Assembly (NCBI GenBank): GCA_965603825.1
Contig: CBFDEM010000058.1
Location: 1 to 64,000 of the forward strand
Reading direction: 5' to 3'
DNA: 64,000 bases
From: Blepharisma stoltei ATCC 30299
Lineage: Eukaryota; Protista; Ciliophora
Every line of letters begins with the position of its first letter. The stretch's first letter is position 1. This document shows, piece by piece, positions 62,084 to 64,000 of this stretch. The position numbers and the translations under genes are program-made. The notes below the pieces were generated by a model that saw nothing but the letters and a program-made list of their open reading frames with translations, searched no databases and was not told the origin of the DNA.

Positions 62084-62524
62084 CTATATGAATTTCAAGC
62101 TTGATAGTAGCTCAGCACGCTGCTTTGCAGTTTTTATTTTCATTTCTGCGATTTCTTTTGAAAATTTGGAGTTAAAAGACCGCAGCTGGTCTTCAAGCTC
62201 TTTTTTCCTTTTTCTGGCGATTTCTAGCCTTAATTCAAGATTTTCATTGGTGTCTTGTTGTTCATTTCTTATGCCGTGGTCAGCTTTTCTTATATCAAGA
62301 TTCAGCTGCTCTTGTCTGTCTTCTAGAAACGACAGTTCTTGACGAAGGAAATGGATTCTTTCTCTTTGAAGCTCGAGGACTGTCAGGACCAAGGCTAAGT
62401 CTTCAAATTCTTGGCATTGGGCTTGTCTGTGCAGCTGTGTGAATTGCTTTTTAAGAGTTCTATTTTCTTGTAGCAAATGATTATTTTCGGCTTGGGTTAA
62501 GGTTAAAGGATGCTTTGGGATCAT
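62084..62524 (-). CDS. Coiled-coil hypothetical protein (146 aa)
   Basis: ORF with a heptad pattern. Confidence 0.7.
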   Translation of the reverse strand: MIPKHPLTLTQAENNHLLQENRTLKKQFTQLHRQAQCQEFEDLALVLTVLELQRERIHFLRQELSFLEDRQEQLNLDIRKADHGIRNEQQDTNENLELRLEIARKRKKELEDQLRSFNSKFSKEIAEMKIKTAKQRAELLSSLKFI

Positions 62525-62861
62525 TTTTGTTTTAAAATATTACACTTTATGCAAAATAGCATTATTTTATGAAAATGTCTGAAAATATTTATTTAAATTA
62601 TATTTTACTGTAAAATGATCAAATTACTTTTCTATATATAGAAAACACATGTAAATAATATAATATTTAGCTTAAAAAATTACAATTTTTCTTTATTAAT
62701 TCTGCTTAATTATAAACCTATTTCTGAGAAATTTAATTGAATTAATAATTAGAAATTCTAGCACTGTTAATACTAGGATCTTATCTTACATCAAGTATTC
62801 AATTTTCATTAATTTCCGTAAATAGGGTAAAAATACCTTAACGGACATTACGTATCTAGCA

Positions 62862-63770
62862 ATGCAAAAATCTCATACATGTGAGCCTACAATTGAAGAA
62901 GGTTGGAAAATATGCCAAGACTGTGGGATTTATCTCCCAGCATCAAAAAATCAGTGCTTTCGAGAAAATAATCCTACATGCATCAAAATCTCTCATCAAT
63001 CGCTATTAAAAAATTACCGAGAAAACTCAGACTATAACCGAGGGTTTAACCCAAGTGCTACTTATCTTAAAGTAATTATTATTTAGTACAGAAAAATCTT
63101 GATTGACTGAATATGTGAAGTAGGGGAATCACTGCATCTTTCTCTTTTAACTATACAAACTGCAGCCTCTCTATATGACTCTTTACTATCCACAAAGGAA
63201 TTCTCAAAACCTCTCCTTCAGCCTATAGGTCTTATTGCTTTACTTGTAGCCGCTAAATCAGAAGAAGGCGACGAAAATGTGCCGAGATTCCACCAGTTAG
63301 TAAGATTCACACAAAATTCAGTAGCTACCTTAAAAAGACTTGAGCTGGAACTCCTAACAACCCTTAAATGGCAAATTGTGGTGGTTACCCCACTTCATTT
63401 TATATATTTCTATACTTCTCATGGCGTTGTTTTTATCAATGATGCTATAGGAGCGAGTAGAGTTAACGAAAGAACTGCTTCATATGTAAGAAAATATGCT
63501 GAATTTTTCGCTGATTTAGCATTGCAGGAACATGAGTTTATACAATTTTCTGCTGAAAATATTGCCTGTGCTTGCATTGCAGGGGCCAGAAAAGTGGTAG
63601 GGATTTTTAATATTTGGCCGGCAGAGCTAGAAGAAATGACTGGGAAAAAGCTGGAAAATACGTGCTTTGGGAAGCTGTGGAAAAATTACCAGGAAAGTTT
63701 TGTGGCGGATGGAAATTCGAAGGTGAAGCAGTCGAAAGAAAATAAAGAAAATGTAAGAAAAAATGTATAA
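62862..63770 (+). CDS. Cyclin (297 aa)
   Basis: 15-nt intron at 63072-63086. Cyclin box YRKILID[W]ICEV...LLVAAKSEE...LELELLTTLKW...TPLHF. Confidence 0.92.
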
Positions 63771-64000
63771 TTAGGGTGAGAAATTTTTTATATAAAAAAG
63801 GTTTATAGTGTTTATCTAAGAGACAAATATTTTGGATTTATAATATATTACAATCATTATTTATCTAGCAATAAGATAAAGCGTGCTAAATAATTATAGA
63901 AAATTATTAAAAAAATATAAGCTAAGCGGTTTCTTGATTTTTTAAATTTTATTGACCCATAATTTTCAGCCCATTTAAAACTCTTTTTATTTAGTCCCAT

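Noticed and set aside
6301-63770. In-frame TGAs as selenocysteine or mass pseudogenisation
   Set aside because: They map to conserved Trp positions in essential genes and align with TGG in paralogues.

Overview
This window is the left end of a eukaryotic chromosome. It is most likely the macronuclear genome of a heterotrich ciliate, best matching Blepharisma. Three features support this: a ~3.66 kb (CCCTAACA)n telomere; TGA read as Trp with only TAA/TAG as stops, which fragments the supplied ORF track; and 15-nt GT...AG spliceosomal introns with an A at position 10. Re-translation with TGA=W and these introns gives about 32 genes or pseudogenes. The subtelomeric ~20 kb looks accessory and fast-evolving. 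It holds two Kelch-like paralogues (one with premature stops), an F-box/LRR/ankyrin-CaaX protein, and two tandem double-Venus-flytrap multi-TM receptor genes sharing a gene-conversion tract. It also holds a third decayed receptor copy with an internal inversion, a TA-flanked MITE-like element, a frameshifted pentapeptide-WD40 gene, a secreted alpha-carbonic anhydrase and a degenerate Rab. A 1603-aa secreted hyper-acidic Ser/Glu repeat protein follows. The rest is a very compact housekeeping/signalling region: VPS16, PKA-C, ALG14, an OSBP-related protein, PUS7, a TMEM8-like protein, a TBC-EF-hand protein, RNF10, a CRC protein, a DUF4430-like protein, a GAF-GAF-PAS protein, CDPK and a cyclin. 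All domain calls come from motif recognition by eye; no database searches were run.
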